From Candidatus Pacearchaeota archaeon (GTDB lineage Archaea; Nanobdellota; Nanobdellia; Pacearchaeales; GW2011-AR1): a stretch of 64,000 bases of DNA. The number at the start of each line of letters is the position of its first letter. The first letter of the stretch is position 1. The stretch lies in the NCBI GenBank assembly GCA_019659125.1, contig JAIFVX010000001.1, positions 15,437-79,436 of the forward strand. Direction: 5' to 3'. The notes beneath the pieces are model-generated. The model was not told the origin of the DNA, ran no database searches, and saw nothing but the letters and a program-made list of their open reading frames with translations. Below are positions 18,580-27,930 of this stretch, piece by piece. The translations under genes were made by a program, and so were the position numbers.

Positions 18580-19185
18580 ATGAACAAGGAGGAATTGTTT
18601 TCCTCTTTGAGAGCCCAGGGATTTTCAGGACCGATTCTTGATGCCTTTACACAAGTTCCGCGAGAGAATTTTGTTCTCCCCGCGTTTAAAGACCTTACAT
18701 ATGAAGACACAGCGCTTCCCCTTGCTGCGGGAGCCACCATTTCACAGCCTTCAACGATAGCATTTATGCTGCAGTTGCTTGACCTGCGCAAAGGGCAAAA
18801 GATATTGGAAATAGGTTCAGGATCCGGATATGTCCTTGCGCTTCTCGAAGAGATTGCTCATGGAAAGATTTATGGCCTAGAGATATCCAGGGAGCTCGCA
18901 GAAAAATCGCGGGAATTGCTGAAAGATAAAAGGAATGTTCATATCCTCCATAAAAATGGGATGAAAGGATTGCTGTCACACGCTCCCTATGACAGGATTC
19001 TCGTCAGCGCAGCCTTCAAGGAAGTTCCTTACTATTTAAAGAGACAGCTTAAGCGAGGAGGAATCCTCGTTGTTCCTGTGAATCACTCCATTATCAAATT
19101 AAGAAAACACATCATAGGAGTAGAAGAGATAGAATACAATGGCTTTTCCTTCGTCTCCTTGATGAATGCTCCTATTGAAGAATAG
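18580..19185 (+). CDS. pcm: protein-L-isoaspartate O-methyltransferase
   Basis: 201 aa; …VPRENFV…GATISQPSTIAFMLQLL…ILEIGSGSGY… SAM-MTase motif I and PIMT signature. Confidence 0.85.
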   Translation: MNKEELFSSLRAQGFSGPILDAFTQVPRENFVLPAFKDLTYEDTALPLAAGATISQPSTIAFMLQLLDLRKGQKILEIGSGSGYVLALLEEIAHGKIYGLEISRELAEKSRELLKDKRNVHILHKNGMKGLLSHAPYDRILVSAAFKEVPYYLKRQLKRGGILVVPVNHSIIKLRKHIIGVEEIEYNGFSFVSLMNAPIEE

Positions 19186-21054
19186 CTAGTGCTTGTAAAG
19201 CATTGAAAGATGAGGGATCATGATGTTACTCCAAGTTTCATATTTTTTCTGATGTAATGGATCATCTTCAATTTCTGAAATTTTCATCAGTCTACCTGAT
19301 TCCAATGCAAGGTCTTTACGTTTTATTGCACCCTCAGTATGAGCAGTATAGATAAGTCCAAAATGTACTCGGTCAACAGCAGTGTTACGTGCGAGCAGAG
19401 TACCCACTAACTTAGGTTCGGAGAGAGGACCATCTATTTCCACCTCCTCATCAAGTTCGCGCATCATACTTGAACGAATATAGGGGTGTTTGTCAGTCTT
19501 ATTCACATGGCCTCCGACACCAATGGAATGTTTGCCAAATAACCGCGAATCACCATAGTCTTTGATATTCTTTGCCCGCACATAAGAGAATACACTTTCG
19601 TCTGGCCCAAAAAGAAGAACATACGGAATAGGTTGAAGAAGACTTTCATCATCTTCGCAATCATACCGTGATTGCCAGAATGATTCGTTGTTAAGCATAT
19701 TCAGCAGTCTTTCTTGAGCACGACTATCAATAGGTTCAAAACCTTCAGAGCCTTCGTTCCTTCTGAATTTCCTTAGCTTATCAAGATCCTCGACAAGAAC
19801 GATCCTGTCCAACTTCCTGTAATTCTTAGCCGCAGCTGTGAAGTCAAATTCCTTGAATTGTTTGGCGGTTTTTGGTCCTATCTGTCCCTGGTAGTTGGAG
19901 CCGATTTCACCCCCATAGACTTTGTCGGGAGTCTCATTGGTTCTGTAGAACTTGATGCTCGTCAATGGCTTGCCATCCCGTAATCGCATATTAGTAACTT
20001 CATCAGATCGTATCTCAAAAACCAAGTCTCCTCTAAATCCTGGATCAATGAATCCTGCCAGATCAAGAGGACCCATAATTCCTACATTCGAGAAGCTTTC
20101 TACCTCGGCACTCAAGTGTGCAGGTACCCGAAGTACTCCTTGCGAGGCGAACAATGCATGATCACCATTCCTCATGACAAAGGGAGTGTCTGGCTTTGCA
20201 ACTAGAGGTTCAAAATAATCTTCTGCATTGTAATGTTTTATCTTTTTTAAATCGATGGGGATTGGATTATTCCGAGTTCTAAGGCCAACAACACCCTCAG
20301 TTGCCTCTCCGTGAAGGTCAAGATTTACTCGCAAACCTCCATCAGCAAGAAGAGGACAGCTCTCAGGCGCGGTGAACTGTTTATCTGCATTTCTATAATT
20401 AATAAACGGGTCTTTTTTGAATTCACTGATAAGTTCACCCGTACTTAATTGAGAATCATATCCCTGAAAGAATCGTAATTGATTGAAGCTAAGGCCAGGA
20501 TACACAATAGCATTGAAAGAGAGAGGTTGTAAAAGAAGCCATAGTCTTAAGGCAGTGTTTGAATTCGGATGAGCATGCGCTTCATCCATCGTAGGATTGT
20601 AATCGGTGAACATTCGAGCATTGAAAAAGAGCCTTCCGCTGGTACTTTTGGGTGAGGATTTCATGACCTCTCCCTGATGAAGAATTACTTTTTCCTCCAA
20701 AGGCAAAAGATAGGTATATCTATTTTTTATCTCATATCCATTGGTAATGTCAAATTTCTGTCGTTGTCTCTTTGGGATGCGCAAAAGAGTTCTATAGATT
20801 TCTTCAGTATCTGGACTGAGTAAACCCTGGGTTTCAGTGTCGAGTACATAGATCTCATTACCAACAATAGGATCTATTGAGGCTGGCTGGATTCTTCCCT
20901 CCAATCCCTCATCTTTAAACCATCCTTTGCGCGGACCTTCGTCAACACGACCAAGGTTTGTTCCAACATTGAGAATCTCTCCATTGAGAATTTTTGATCG
21001 AATCTGCTGTGAAACTAGACTATATCCTCGATCTTCATCCATTGTATACAGCAT
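19186..21054 (-). CDS. long dCTP deaminase/dUTPase-superfamily protein fused to a C-terminal Nudix-like domain (622 aa)
   Basis: N-terminal ~430 aa: LVSQQIRSKILNGEI…RIQPASIDP… and GFIDPGFRGDLVFEI (dCTP deaminase/dUTPase motifs, tandem-barrel long form). C-terminal ~185 aa (…QPIPYVLLFG…GVGGHVNKTD…MMRELDEEV…VHFGLIYTAHTEG…) is clearly homologous to the adjacent ORF 21093. Confidence 0.65.
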   Translation of the reverse strand: MLYTMDEDRGYSLVSQQIRSKILNGEILNVGTNLGRVDEGPRKGWFKDEGLEGRIQPASIDPIVGNEIYVLDTETQGLLSPDTEEIYRTLLRIPKRQRQKFDITNGYEIKNRYTYLLPLEEKVILHQGEVMKSSPKSTSGRLFFNARMFTDYNPTMDEAHAHPNSNTALRLWLLLQPLSFNAIVYPGLSFNQLRFFQGYDSQLSTGELISEFKKDPFINYRNADKQFTAPESCPLLADGGLRVNLDLHGEATEGVVGLRTRNNPIPIDLKKIKHYNAEDYFEPLVAKPDTPFVMRNGDHALFASQGVLRVPAHLSAEVESFSNVGIMGPLDLAGFIDPGFRGDLVFEIRSDEVTNMRLRDGKPLTSIKFYRTNETPDKVYGGEIGSNYQGQIGPKTAKQFKEFDFTAAAKNYRKLDRIVLVEDLDKLRKFRRNEGSEGFEPIDSRAQERLLNMLNNESFWQSRYDCEDDESLLQPIPYVLLFGPDESVFSYVRAKNIKDYGDSRLFGKHSIGVGGHVNKTDKHPYIRSSMMRELDEEVEIDGPLSEPKLVGTLLARNTAVDRVHFGLIYTAHTEGAIKRKDLALESGRLMKISEIEDDPLHQKKYETWSNIMIPHLSMLYKH

Positions 21055-21092
21055 GCTCTAGGTATTTTAAATATGATTATACTTGAATATAG

Positions 21093-21758
21093 ATGAATCA
21101 AACTGAAAGGATTTTTATAGAGGAGAGACAAAAAGAGAGTATGGTGAGAGAGATTCTTGTTGTAAAAAAAGAAACCTTATTTGGAGAAGAGAGTTTCCAA
21201 GGCTTTATCCCTGATTCACAGAGGAATTTCATTGATACTATCCACAACTCATTTGAGTACAAAGAGAGGGATTCTGTAGAGGAAGATACTTCCTTCAGGC
21301 AACCAATTCCCTATGTTTTCATTATCAATAAGAATGATAAGAAAGTGTTTGCTTACCGTAGAGCATCCAAGGGATATAGTGAAAAAAGGCTGAGAAATAA
21401 CTGGTCGTGTGGCTTGGGAGGCCATATCGATAAGAGTGATTCTGAAAACCCCGTCATGACTGCCATGATGCGTGAGCTTGATGAGGAAGTTGTTTCCTCG
21501 CATGCCTTAACACCTACAATCATTGGCTATCTGAATGACGAGACGAATGACGTAGGAAAAGTTCATTTCGGAGTCATAGCTATTGCAGAAACTGAAGGAA
21601 CCGTTGAAAAAGGAAGCGATGAGATGGCTGAAGGGAGATTCATTTCTATTGAAGAGATGGAATCACTACTTTCTGATCCCTCAAGTGAAGTTGAGAACTG
21701 GACGAAGATTGCCTGGCCCTATGTGAAAGAATATATGTTAAATCTTTCTATCGTGTAG
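21093..21758 (+). CDS. Nudix-like hydrolase, stand-alone paralog of the C-terminal domain of the dcd-like fusion
   Basis: 221 aa; …QPIPYVFIINKNDKKVFAYRRAS…GLGGHIDKSDSENPVMTAMMRELDEEV… (Nudix-box-like G…E…RELxEE with one extra spacer residue); ~40% identical over ~150 aa to residues ~440-600 of the 622-aa protein. Confidence 0.6.
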   Translation: MNQTERIFIEERQKESMVREILVVKKETLFGEESFQGFIPDSQRNFIDTIHNSFEYKERDSVEEDTSFRQPIPYVFIINKNDKKVFAYRRASKGYSEKRLRNNWSCGLGGHIDKSDSENPVMTAMMRELDEEVVSSHALTPTIIGYLNDETNDVGKVHFGVIAIAETEGTVEKGSDEMAEGRFISIEEMESLLSDPSSEVENWTKIAWPYVKEYMLNLSIV

Positions 21759-22169
21759 AACAATCGCTGAATGTCGCGGGATTTTTTCGTCCTGTGCATA
21801 CGCGGCGTGATACCGTACATATTGACTATCAAGTTTCTTTGCTACATGTCCTCGTGCAATAAGCGGAATTCTTGTCCCATTATCGCGGGCAATGCTGATA
21901 GAAGTATAATCGCTCTCAGGCAAATAATCATGAATATGCAATGTCCCTTGATAGCTTACATGATCAAGGCCATCTTGTCGGCAGGCGATTTCACGTAGCC
22001 TAAAAAACTTCTTTATTTTTGTCTCAGGTTTGAAGAGATGCACCTGTGACTTAATATATTTGTTTTTCTCATAATTAAGAGTGCGTTCTAGTTTGTTAGA
22101 AAGATTATCACGATAAAATTTGCGTCCTCGTACAGGTACCTTTGTATGAGCAGGTGTAAGCCATGTCAT
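21738..22169 (-). CDS. hypothetical protein (143 aa)
   Basis: ORF convergent with 21093 (21-nt overlap); His/Arg-rich; no assignable motif. Confidence 0.4.
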   Translation of the reverse strand: MTWLTPAHTKVPVRGRKFYRDNLSNKLERTLNYEKNKYIKSQVHLFKPETKIKKFFRLREIACRQDGLDHVSYQGTLHIHDYLPESDYTSISIARDNGTRIPLIARGHVAKKLDSQYVRYHAAYAQDEKIPRHSAIVLHDRKI

Positions 22170-22200
22170 GCCAGAAAGAGAAAATCTCTGTTTATAAGAA

Positions 22201-22398
22201 TTACTGTTCCCGAGGCTCGAATGCCTTCATAGAAAGAATCATTCTGTATCGTTCGGAAGGGTCGATCATCTCAAGTTCTGTAGCCGTAGGGCCATCGAAG
22301 TATGGCTTGTAAGGAATGTCGATGTTCTTTATAGCTTTAGCTACTTCTCTCCTTCTCTGAGATTCAATATCATAGTGTGTCATAAAATGCCTCGCCAT
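22201..22398 (-). CDS. hypothetical small protein (65 aa) downstream of nrdJ
   Basis: ORF track; no motif. Confidence 0.3.
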   Translation of the reverse strand: MARHFMTHYDIESQRRREVAKAIKNIDIPYKPYFDGPTATELEMIDPSERYRMILSMKAFEPREQ

Positions 22399-22425
22399 TA
22401 ACCCTTTATAAACCTTTTTAGAATG

Positions 22426-25284
22426 TTATTCGCCGCAGCCAGATCTCGTTGATTGCTTGCACGAAGTACAATAGATTGAGCAGTTCCCTGTTCTCTTTGC
22501 AGGTCCTCCACAATGTGGACAGGTAAGACCTTCATTACCAAATGCTTCGATAGATGTCTGCTTTTCCTCTTCAAGTGCAGGCTCAAGCGGTTTGATTTCC
22601 AGATCTATCTTACCAGTACTCTGGCCAAAGGTTGCTAACATAAACTGAGAGACATAGTCAACAATCGACGAGGCCGTCCTGATAGGAGTTACATCAGCAT
22701 CAAGCTGTCCTCCACCCGTATTCTTTACAAACCCTGAAGGCTCGAACTTCTGATGCCTGAACTTTCCAAAGAGATCGCTGACAGAAACCCCATATTGAAG
22801 GTTTAATGAGATCGAGGTTGCCCATGCATCCATTAATCCTCGAATGGTTGATCCTTGCTTGTGCATGCTTACGAAAATCTCACCAGGCTTTCCATCGTCA
22901 TATAATCCTACAGTCAAATATCCTTCATGACCTGCAATCTCGAATTTATGAGTGATCGATTTTCTTGTCTGAGGCATCTTCTTTCTCTGGACAACAATCA
23001 CTGACTTGACTTTCTGCTTCACCATCTCTCCATCAGTCTTCTGCGTGTTGAGAGGCTGGCTGCGCTTGCTGTTCTCTCGGTAGATTGCCACAGCCTTCAA
23101 TCCTTGCTCCCAGGAGAAGATATACGCCTCTGCAATCTCATCAACGGTTGAGTTCTCAGGCATGTTAATGGTCTTGCTAATGGCGCCAGAAATGAATGGT
23201 TGGCTTACTCCCATCATCTTGATATGTCCAAAATGATGAATTGATCGCTTCCCTTGTGCTGGCTTGAATGCACAGTCAAAGATAGGAAGATGTTCATCTA
23301 AAAGCTCAGGAGCTCCCTCGATCATGTCGGTCTTGTCAATGTACTCTATGATCTTTTCAATCTGCTGAGAAGTATATCCAAGATTCTGCAACGCAAGCGC
23401 GACACTCTTGTTCACGATCTTAAGCATTCCTCCTCCTGCAAGTACCTTATACTTCACTAATGCAATGTCGGGCTCTATACCAGTAGTATCGCAATCCATC
23501 ATGAATGCAATAGTTCCTGTAGGAGCTAATACAGTCACTTGAGCATTTCGATAGCCATGCTGCTCTCCGAGTTCAAGAGCTTCAGTCCAACAATCCCATG
23601 CCTCATTGACTAAATATCGCAAAGGTGCAGGTGTTTTCTCGACATCAATCTTCTTGACAGCTTCTCGATGCATTTTGATAACATTAATCATAGACTCTTT
23701 ATTCTCTTGATAGCGAGGGAATGCCCCTACAAGCCCTGCAAGCTGTGCTGAGGCCTTGTATGCCTCTCCACACATGATTGCAGTGATTGCCGCCGCTACG
23801 GCCCTGCCTTCATCAGAATCATAGGGCAAGCCAACGCTCATAAGCAATGCACCAAGGTTTGCATATCCTAATCCAAGTGTCCTGAAATCATGCGATCGGC
23901 GTGCAATTTTCTGAGTAGGGTAACTTGCTCCATCAACAAGGATATCCATCGAAATAATGAATTTTCTGACAACCTGCTTGAATCTCTCTGCATCAAACAA
24001 TCCCTCATCCGTTCTGAACTTCATAAGGTTGATAGAAGCAAGATTGCAAGCAGTATCATCGAGGAACATATATTCAGAACAGGGATTAGATGCATTGATT
24101 CTACCACTAGCTTTGCACGTGTGCCATGTGTTGATGACTGTGTCAAACTGCATTCCAGGATCTCCACATAACCATGTTCCCTCGGCAATCTTTCTAAGCA
24201 TTTCACGTGCTTTAAGTGTCTCACAAGCTTGCTTGGTAATGACGAATCGTGTCTGCCACTCTCCATTAGCTTTTACAGCTTTCATGAACTCATCGGAAGC
24301 CCTGACTGACATGTTTGAATTCTGGAAGAAGACGCTAGTGTATGCCTCTCCATTCATTCCTCCTGAATAGCCTGCCTCAATCAAAGCCCAGGCTTTTTTC
24401 TCTTCCTTCTGCTTTGCCTCAATGAATTCCATAATATCAGGATGATCTACATTTAATATTTCCATTTTAGCAGCTCTTCGTGTCTTGCCTCCCGACTTAA
24501 TGACGCCTGCATACGCATCATAGCCTTTCATGAATGCAACAGGACCTGATGAGGGACCGCCTCCCGTTAACTTTTCCTTAGAGCTACGAAGGGTAGATCT
24601 GTTTGTTCCTGTTCCCGATCCTCCCTTGAAGAGCATTGCTTCAGCAACCTGGACCTCAAGGATTGATTCCATATTGTCTTCCATACCTTGGATGAAGCAG
24701 GCAGAGCATTGAGGCCGGTCATCGGCTCGTTGTGTAGGGATGATGCTGTCACTAGCGCTGTCCCACTTATAATGCGCAACACCTCCAGCATTAGGGTCAT
24801 ACTCTTGATTGACCCCAGCATTAAACCATACAGGGGAATTAAAGACACATAACTGGTTGAGGCATATGGCTGCGACCTCATCACGTAAGGTAGCGCTCTG
24901 AGCTTCATCGAAATATCCTTGTTTGATTGCCTGCCGTGCAATAAACCGGGCAACTCGCCCAACAAGCTGCTCAACACTTCCTTCCCTCTCCCCCTTTGTC
25001 TGATTGCCCCAGAAATATTTGCTTGCGACAACCTTGATTGCCAAAGGCGACCAGAATTCAGGTCTTCTTACATTTGGCTGGACGAAAATAAGCTTTCCGC
25101 GGTCATCAGTAACCTTTACCTCTTCAGAAATCCATCGGATGGGATTGCCATAGATATCAAATTCAAATGGACTTTTTCCAGGAGCGCTGAAGAAATGATC
25201 GATGAGCGGAGAGCTTCCCGCAGCAGAAAGTCGTGTTCCCATGGTCCTCTCACCATCATCATATTTCTTGAACTTTGTATCCAT
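22426..25284 (-). CDS. nrdJ: ribonucleoside-triphosphate/diphosphate reductase, class II (adenosylcobalamin-dependent, monomeric type)
   Basis: 952 aa; active-site region ASNPCSEYMFLDDTACNL; allosteric/ATP-cone-less N-terminus; C-terminal Cys-rich Zn-ribbon tail CPHCGG…CTSCK…GCGE. Confidence 0.9.
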   Translation of the reverse strand: MDTKFKKYDDGERTMGTRLSAAGSSPLIDHFFSAPGKSPFEFDIYGNPIRWISEEVKVTDDRGKLIFVQPNVRRPEFWSPLAIKVVASKYFWGNQTKGEREGSVEQLVGRVARFIARQAIKQGYFDEAQSATLRDEVAAICLNQLCVFNSPVWFNAGVNQEYDPNAGGVAHYKWDSASDSIIPTQRADDRPQCSACFIQGMEDNMESILEVQVAEAMLFKGGSGTGTNRSTLRSSKEKLTGGGPSSGPVAFMKGYDAYAGVIKSGGKTRRAAKMEILNVDHPDIMEFIEAKQKEEKKAWALIEAGYSGGMNGEAYTSVFFQNSNMSVRASDEFMKAVKANGEWQTRFVITKQACETLKAREMLRKIAEGTWLCGDPGMQFDTVINTWHTCKASGRINASNPCSEYMFLDDTACNLASINLMKFRTDEGLFDAERFKQVVRKFIISMDILVDGASYPTQKIARRSHDFRTLGLGYANLGALLMSVGLPYDSDEGRAVAAAITAIMCGEAYKASAQLAGLVGAFPRYQENKESMINVIKMHREAVKKIDVEKTPAPLRYLVNEAWDCWTEALELGEQHGYRNAQVTVLAPTGTIAFMMDCDTTGIEPDIALVKYKVLAGGGMLKIVNKSVALALQNLGYTSQQIEKIIEYIDKTDMIEGAPELLDEHLPIFDCAFKPAQGKRSIHHFGHIKMMGVSQPFISGAISKTINMPENSTVDEIAEAYIFSWEQGLKAVAIYRENSKRSQPLNTQKTDGEMVKQKVKSVIVVQRKKMPQTRKSITHKFEIAGHEGYLTVGLYDDGKPGEIFVSMHKQGSTIRGLMDAWATSISLNLQYGVSVSDLFGKFRHQKFEPSGFVKNTGGGQLDADVTPIRTASSIVDYVSQFMLATFGQSTGKIDLEIKPLEPALEEEKQTSIEAFGNEGLTCPHCGGPAKRTGNCSIYCTSCKQSTRSGCGE

Positions 25285-25724
25285 TAGCTCTTGAGCTCCT
25301 TAATTTCTTTATTAAAATCAGCAACATCTCTAAAATCTTTGTAAACAGAAGCAAATCGGATGTAGGCAACTTTGTCAATCTTCTTCAACTCTCGAGAGAC
25401 AAGCTCTCCTATGAGGTTGGCATTCACTTCTTTGCCTTTTCTCCGTAGTTTTTCCTCTATAGTGTGTATCATGATGTCAATTGTTTCAGCACTTACAGGA
25501 CGCTTTTCACATGCCCTGAGGATTCCTTTCCGCACCTTTTCACTATCGAAATCCTCGCGCCTCCCATCTTTCTTTATTACTCTCAGCTCAACCTTCTCGA
25601 TTCCTTCATGAGTGTTGAAACGCTGGTGGCATTTCAGGCATTCACGCCTCCTTTTTATCATGCCCTCTGCATCACGCTTGTCTATCACCTTGGTTTCTTG
25701 GTTTTGGCAGTAGGGGCATAACAT
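25284..25724 (-). CDS. nrdR: NrdR transcriptional repressor (Zn ribbon plus ATP-cone)
   Basis: MLCPYCQNQETKVIDKRD…RRRECLKCHQRF…EKRPVS…KVAYIRFASVYKDF: near-canonical NrdR; stop overlaps the nrdJ start; track ORF begins 4 codons earlier (25736). Confidence 0.9.
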   Translation of the reverse strand: MLCPYCQNQETKVIDKRDAEGMIKRRRECLKCHQRFNTHEGIEKVELRVIKKDGRREDFDSEKVRKGILRACEKRPVSAETIDIMIHTIEEKLRRKGKEVNANLIGELVSRELKKIDKVAYIRFASVYKDFRDVADFNKEIKELKS

Positions 25725-25762
25725 TGTGCACCCCAATATCTTGTGTTTTTTTGCAATCTCAG

Positions 25763-25776
25763 CACAAGTTATTGTG
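25763..25776 (-). promoter_or_regulatory. NrdR-box-like palindrome CACAAGTTATTGTG (CAC-N8-GTG) ~40 nt upstream of nrdR
   Basis: Perfect 5+5 inverted repeat with an AT-rich centre in the nrdR-nrdJ leader; matches the NrdR box architecture. Confidence 0.5.
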
Positions 25777-25874
25777 TTTTATAAGATCTTGGAGTCACAT
25801 TCATATTTAAAGGTTTCTACGAATTTTTTTCTTCCGTCGATAAAAAAGAAAATAGAAATCGTTATGTTTCTGGA

Positions 25875-26177
25875 GTGATAAAATTGTTTATTCACAACTC
25901 TTATAAACACTCGTTGCTTTATTTCTCTATGGTCCTTAGTGAACTCGCATCACAATTGAATATTCCTCTCTGGACAGTCATTGTTGTGCTTATCTGGGTC
26001 CTTGCATGGAAAGGATTTGCTCTGTGGAAAGCAGGACGAAGGAATCAGCCAGTATGGTTTGTCGCTCTTCTGGTGGTTAATACATTAGGATTGCTTGAAA
26101 TTCTCTATATCTTCCTCTTCTCGGAAATAAAACTGGATGATAAGAAGCAGAGAAGGAAAAATGCATACAAAATTTAA
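25875..26177 (+). CDS. small membrane protein (100 aa, 2-3 TM)
   Basis: Hydrophobic segments LWTVIVVLIWVLAW / WFVALLVVNTLGLLEILYIFLF. Confidence 0.4.
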   Translation: MIKLFIHNSYKHSLLYFSMVLSELASQLNIPLWTVIVVLIWVLAWKGFALWKAGRRNQPVWFVALLVVNTLGLLEILYIFLFSEIKLDDKKQRRKNAYKI

Positions 26178-26385
26178 GCGACATCAGAAGGTAAAGATCC
26201 TCCACGAACCTGATCCTGAATATATAGAGTATTATTCCGATACAGAAATTCCTATAAAGAAAGGCATGATTGGAAAGATCAATATTCTTTTACCCAATGG
26301 AAGATATCATGTGGAGATAGACAAAGATGGCGAAGTTATCGCCTATGCTCCTTTCAACGAAGAAGATCTAGAGGCTATCGATTAA
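26161..26385 (+). CDS. hypothetical protein (~74 aa)
   Basis: ORF 26137..26385, likely starting at MHTKFKRHQK; no motif. Confidence 0.35.
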   Translation: MHTKFKRHQKVKILHEPDPEYIEYYSDTEIPIKKGMIGKINILLPNGRYHVEIDKDGEVIAYAPFNEEDLEAID

Positions 26386-26831
26386 TTCTTATTATACTGG
26401 GATATGTAATATTTGTACATTGCACCCATGTTCTCAGGAATTGTTTTTGTAATCTTATATTCGGAAAAGTGATCAGCATTAAGCTTTATATCTTGCTTAT
26501 CTATCTTTATCAAGAAACCCGTTGAAATATCTTGTCTTTCCTTTTCAGTCTTAAATTTACCTACATATTGGCCTAAGAAGGTTCTTTTCTCAGGATCTAT
26601 CTTCAATCCAAGCTCATTCAAAGCAATTCTCTTAAGAGTGTCTTCTATCTCCTCTCCTTTGTACATCCTCAATCCTGGAAGAGCCCATTGATTCTCATAG
26701 GGAGGTATTTTCCTCTTTACTATGATAAATCCTTCACTTCCATATTCAATAAGCAAGTCAAATGTAGGAATCACTGCCCATTCTAAAATCTGCTCAAATA
26801 TCCCTCGTGGTGCGAACTTAATCTCACCCAT
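26382..26831 (-). CDS. Nudix-family-like hydrolase (149 aa, degenerate Nudix box)
   Basis: …QWALPGLRMYKGEEIEDTLKRIALNELGL… resembles the GX5EX7REUXEEXGU box with substitutions. Confidence 0.45.
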   Translation of the reverse strand: MGEIKFAPRGIFEQILEWAVIPTFDLLIEYGSEGFIIVKRKIPPYENQWALPGLRMYKGEEIEDTLKRIALNELGLKIDPEKRTFLGQYVGKFKTEKERQDISTGFLIKIDKQDIKLNADHFSEYKITKTIPENMGAMYKYYISQYNKN

Positions 26832-26833
26832 AG

Positions 26834-27544
26834 TTAAGCACTCGCAGAAGCGTTCACTTGTGCGTCAATATCGACGTCGGAATCATGCTTTTCCTTGGCA
26901 ATGAAAGACCACCACGGCTTATGGACTGATATAATGGTGCCTGTCTCTGCATCCACGTCAGCTGCAACAACCATTTTTTTATTGAATATCAAGAATACTC
27001 GTGAATCTTTTTCCGTCCGCACTTCATAGGCGATCCTCGTTTTATTACCATTACCAACTTCTTTTAATTCGATAGTGCAGTTGTCGTTCTCGCACTTTGT
27101 CCGCAATCTTTTCAATGCGGTTGCAGACGCTCGATCAGGCATGATTTTCACGTCGGCCTTTCTTCCATTGGATAGATAGACGCGTAAGATAGATCCAAGA
27201 GTGCCATTGCCAATATCTTCAGTTGTCAGGTTCAAGCCAGTCTTAGCGTTTATTCGACCGGCAATGATTGCCTTTTGTTCGGGAGTCAGATCGCTAATCG
27301 TAATGTTTTTCCCTTCAACACGGATTCTTTTTTCCCTCTCCTTTTCTTTAATTGCTGCCTGTATCCTCTGCTGTCCCTCAAATCTCTGCTCTATTCTTTC
27401 TCGTGCACGCACTTCAGCATTTGTCGTTGTATTTACAGTTCCTTCATCAGTCGTTCGTGCTGTAAGGGTCATTTCAATAGCATAAACACCAGAGATAAAA
27501 CTAATGGCGACAATGACGAGCAAACAGAATGCAATCTTTTTCAT
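26834..27544 (-). CDS. secreted/membrane-anchored hypothetical protein
   Basis: N-terminal signal peptide MKKIAFCLLVIVAISFISGVYA; Thr/Asn-rich; track ORF extends to 27559. Confidence 0.5.
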   Translation of the reverse strand: MKKIAFCLLVIVAISFISGVYAIEMTLTARTTDEGTVNTTTNAEVRARERIEQRFEGQQRIQAAIKEKEREKRIRVEGKNITISDLTPEQKAIIAGRINAKTGLNLTTEDIGNGTLGSILRVYLSNGRKADVKIMPDRASATALKRLRTKCENDNCTIELKEVGNGNKTRIAYEVRTEKDSRVFLIFNKKMVVAADVDAETGTIISVHKPWWSFIAKEKHDSDVDIDAQVNASASA

Positions 27545-27666
27545 TATTTCTAGAACCAAATAATCTATTTAAATTTATTTATTAAGCTTTTTTCGTAGCT
27601 TGCGAACTCTTCGTGATCTTCGTACAGTCTTTCTCATACCTTTCCATAGAAAAATCATATTTAAAT

Positions 27667-27930
27667 CTATCTTTTATCATAGGGTGTTTTAATGGCTTTT
27701 ACAAATTTCCATTTTTTAGTCCATCCATGAGTCTTATACCGAAGAAAGAAATGCCCCCCAATACCCAACACTATCCAAAAGAGAACCCACCATCCAACTG
27801 CTTTAGAACCTTCCCAAAAAAACACACTAAGCGTTAGTATAATAAGTACTGGATATTTTACTAAACGAAACCAGAGAGGTTGCCCATGTATTATGACATA
27901 CTTTTCCTTAAGAAGTGTGTTTTTATCCAT
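27667..27930 (-). CDS. small membrane protein (87 aa, 2 TM)
   Basis: Two hydrophobic helices; no motif. Confidence 0.4.
   Translation of the reverse strand: MDKNTLLKEKYVIIHGQPLWFRLVKYPVLIILTLSVFFWEGSKAVGWWVLFWIVLGIGGHFFLRYKTHGWTKKWKFVKAIKTPYDKR

Noticed and set aside
22398-22586. 62-aa minus-strand ORF overlapping the 3' end of nrdJ, and similar short ORFs nested inside large genes (e.g. 359-607, 8677-8964, 12469-12669, 24021-24266, 56605-56958)
   Set aside because: They are fully contained within, or antisense to, well-supported conserved genes and show low-complexity translations; treated as spurious frames.
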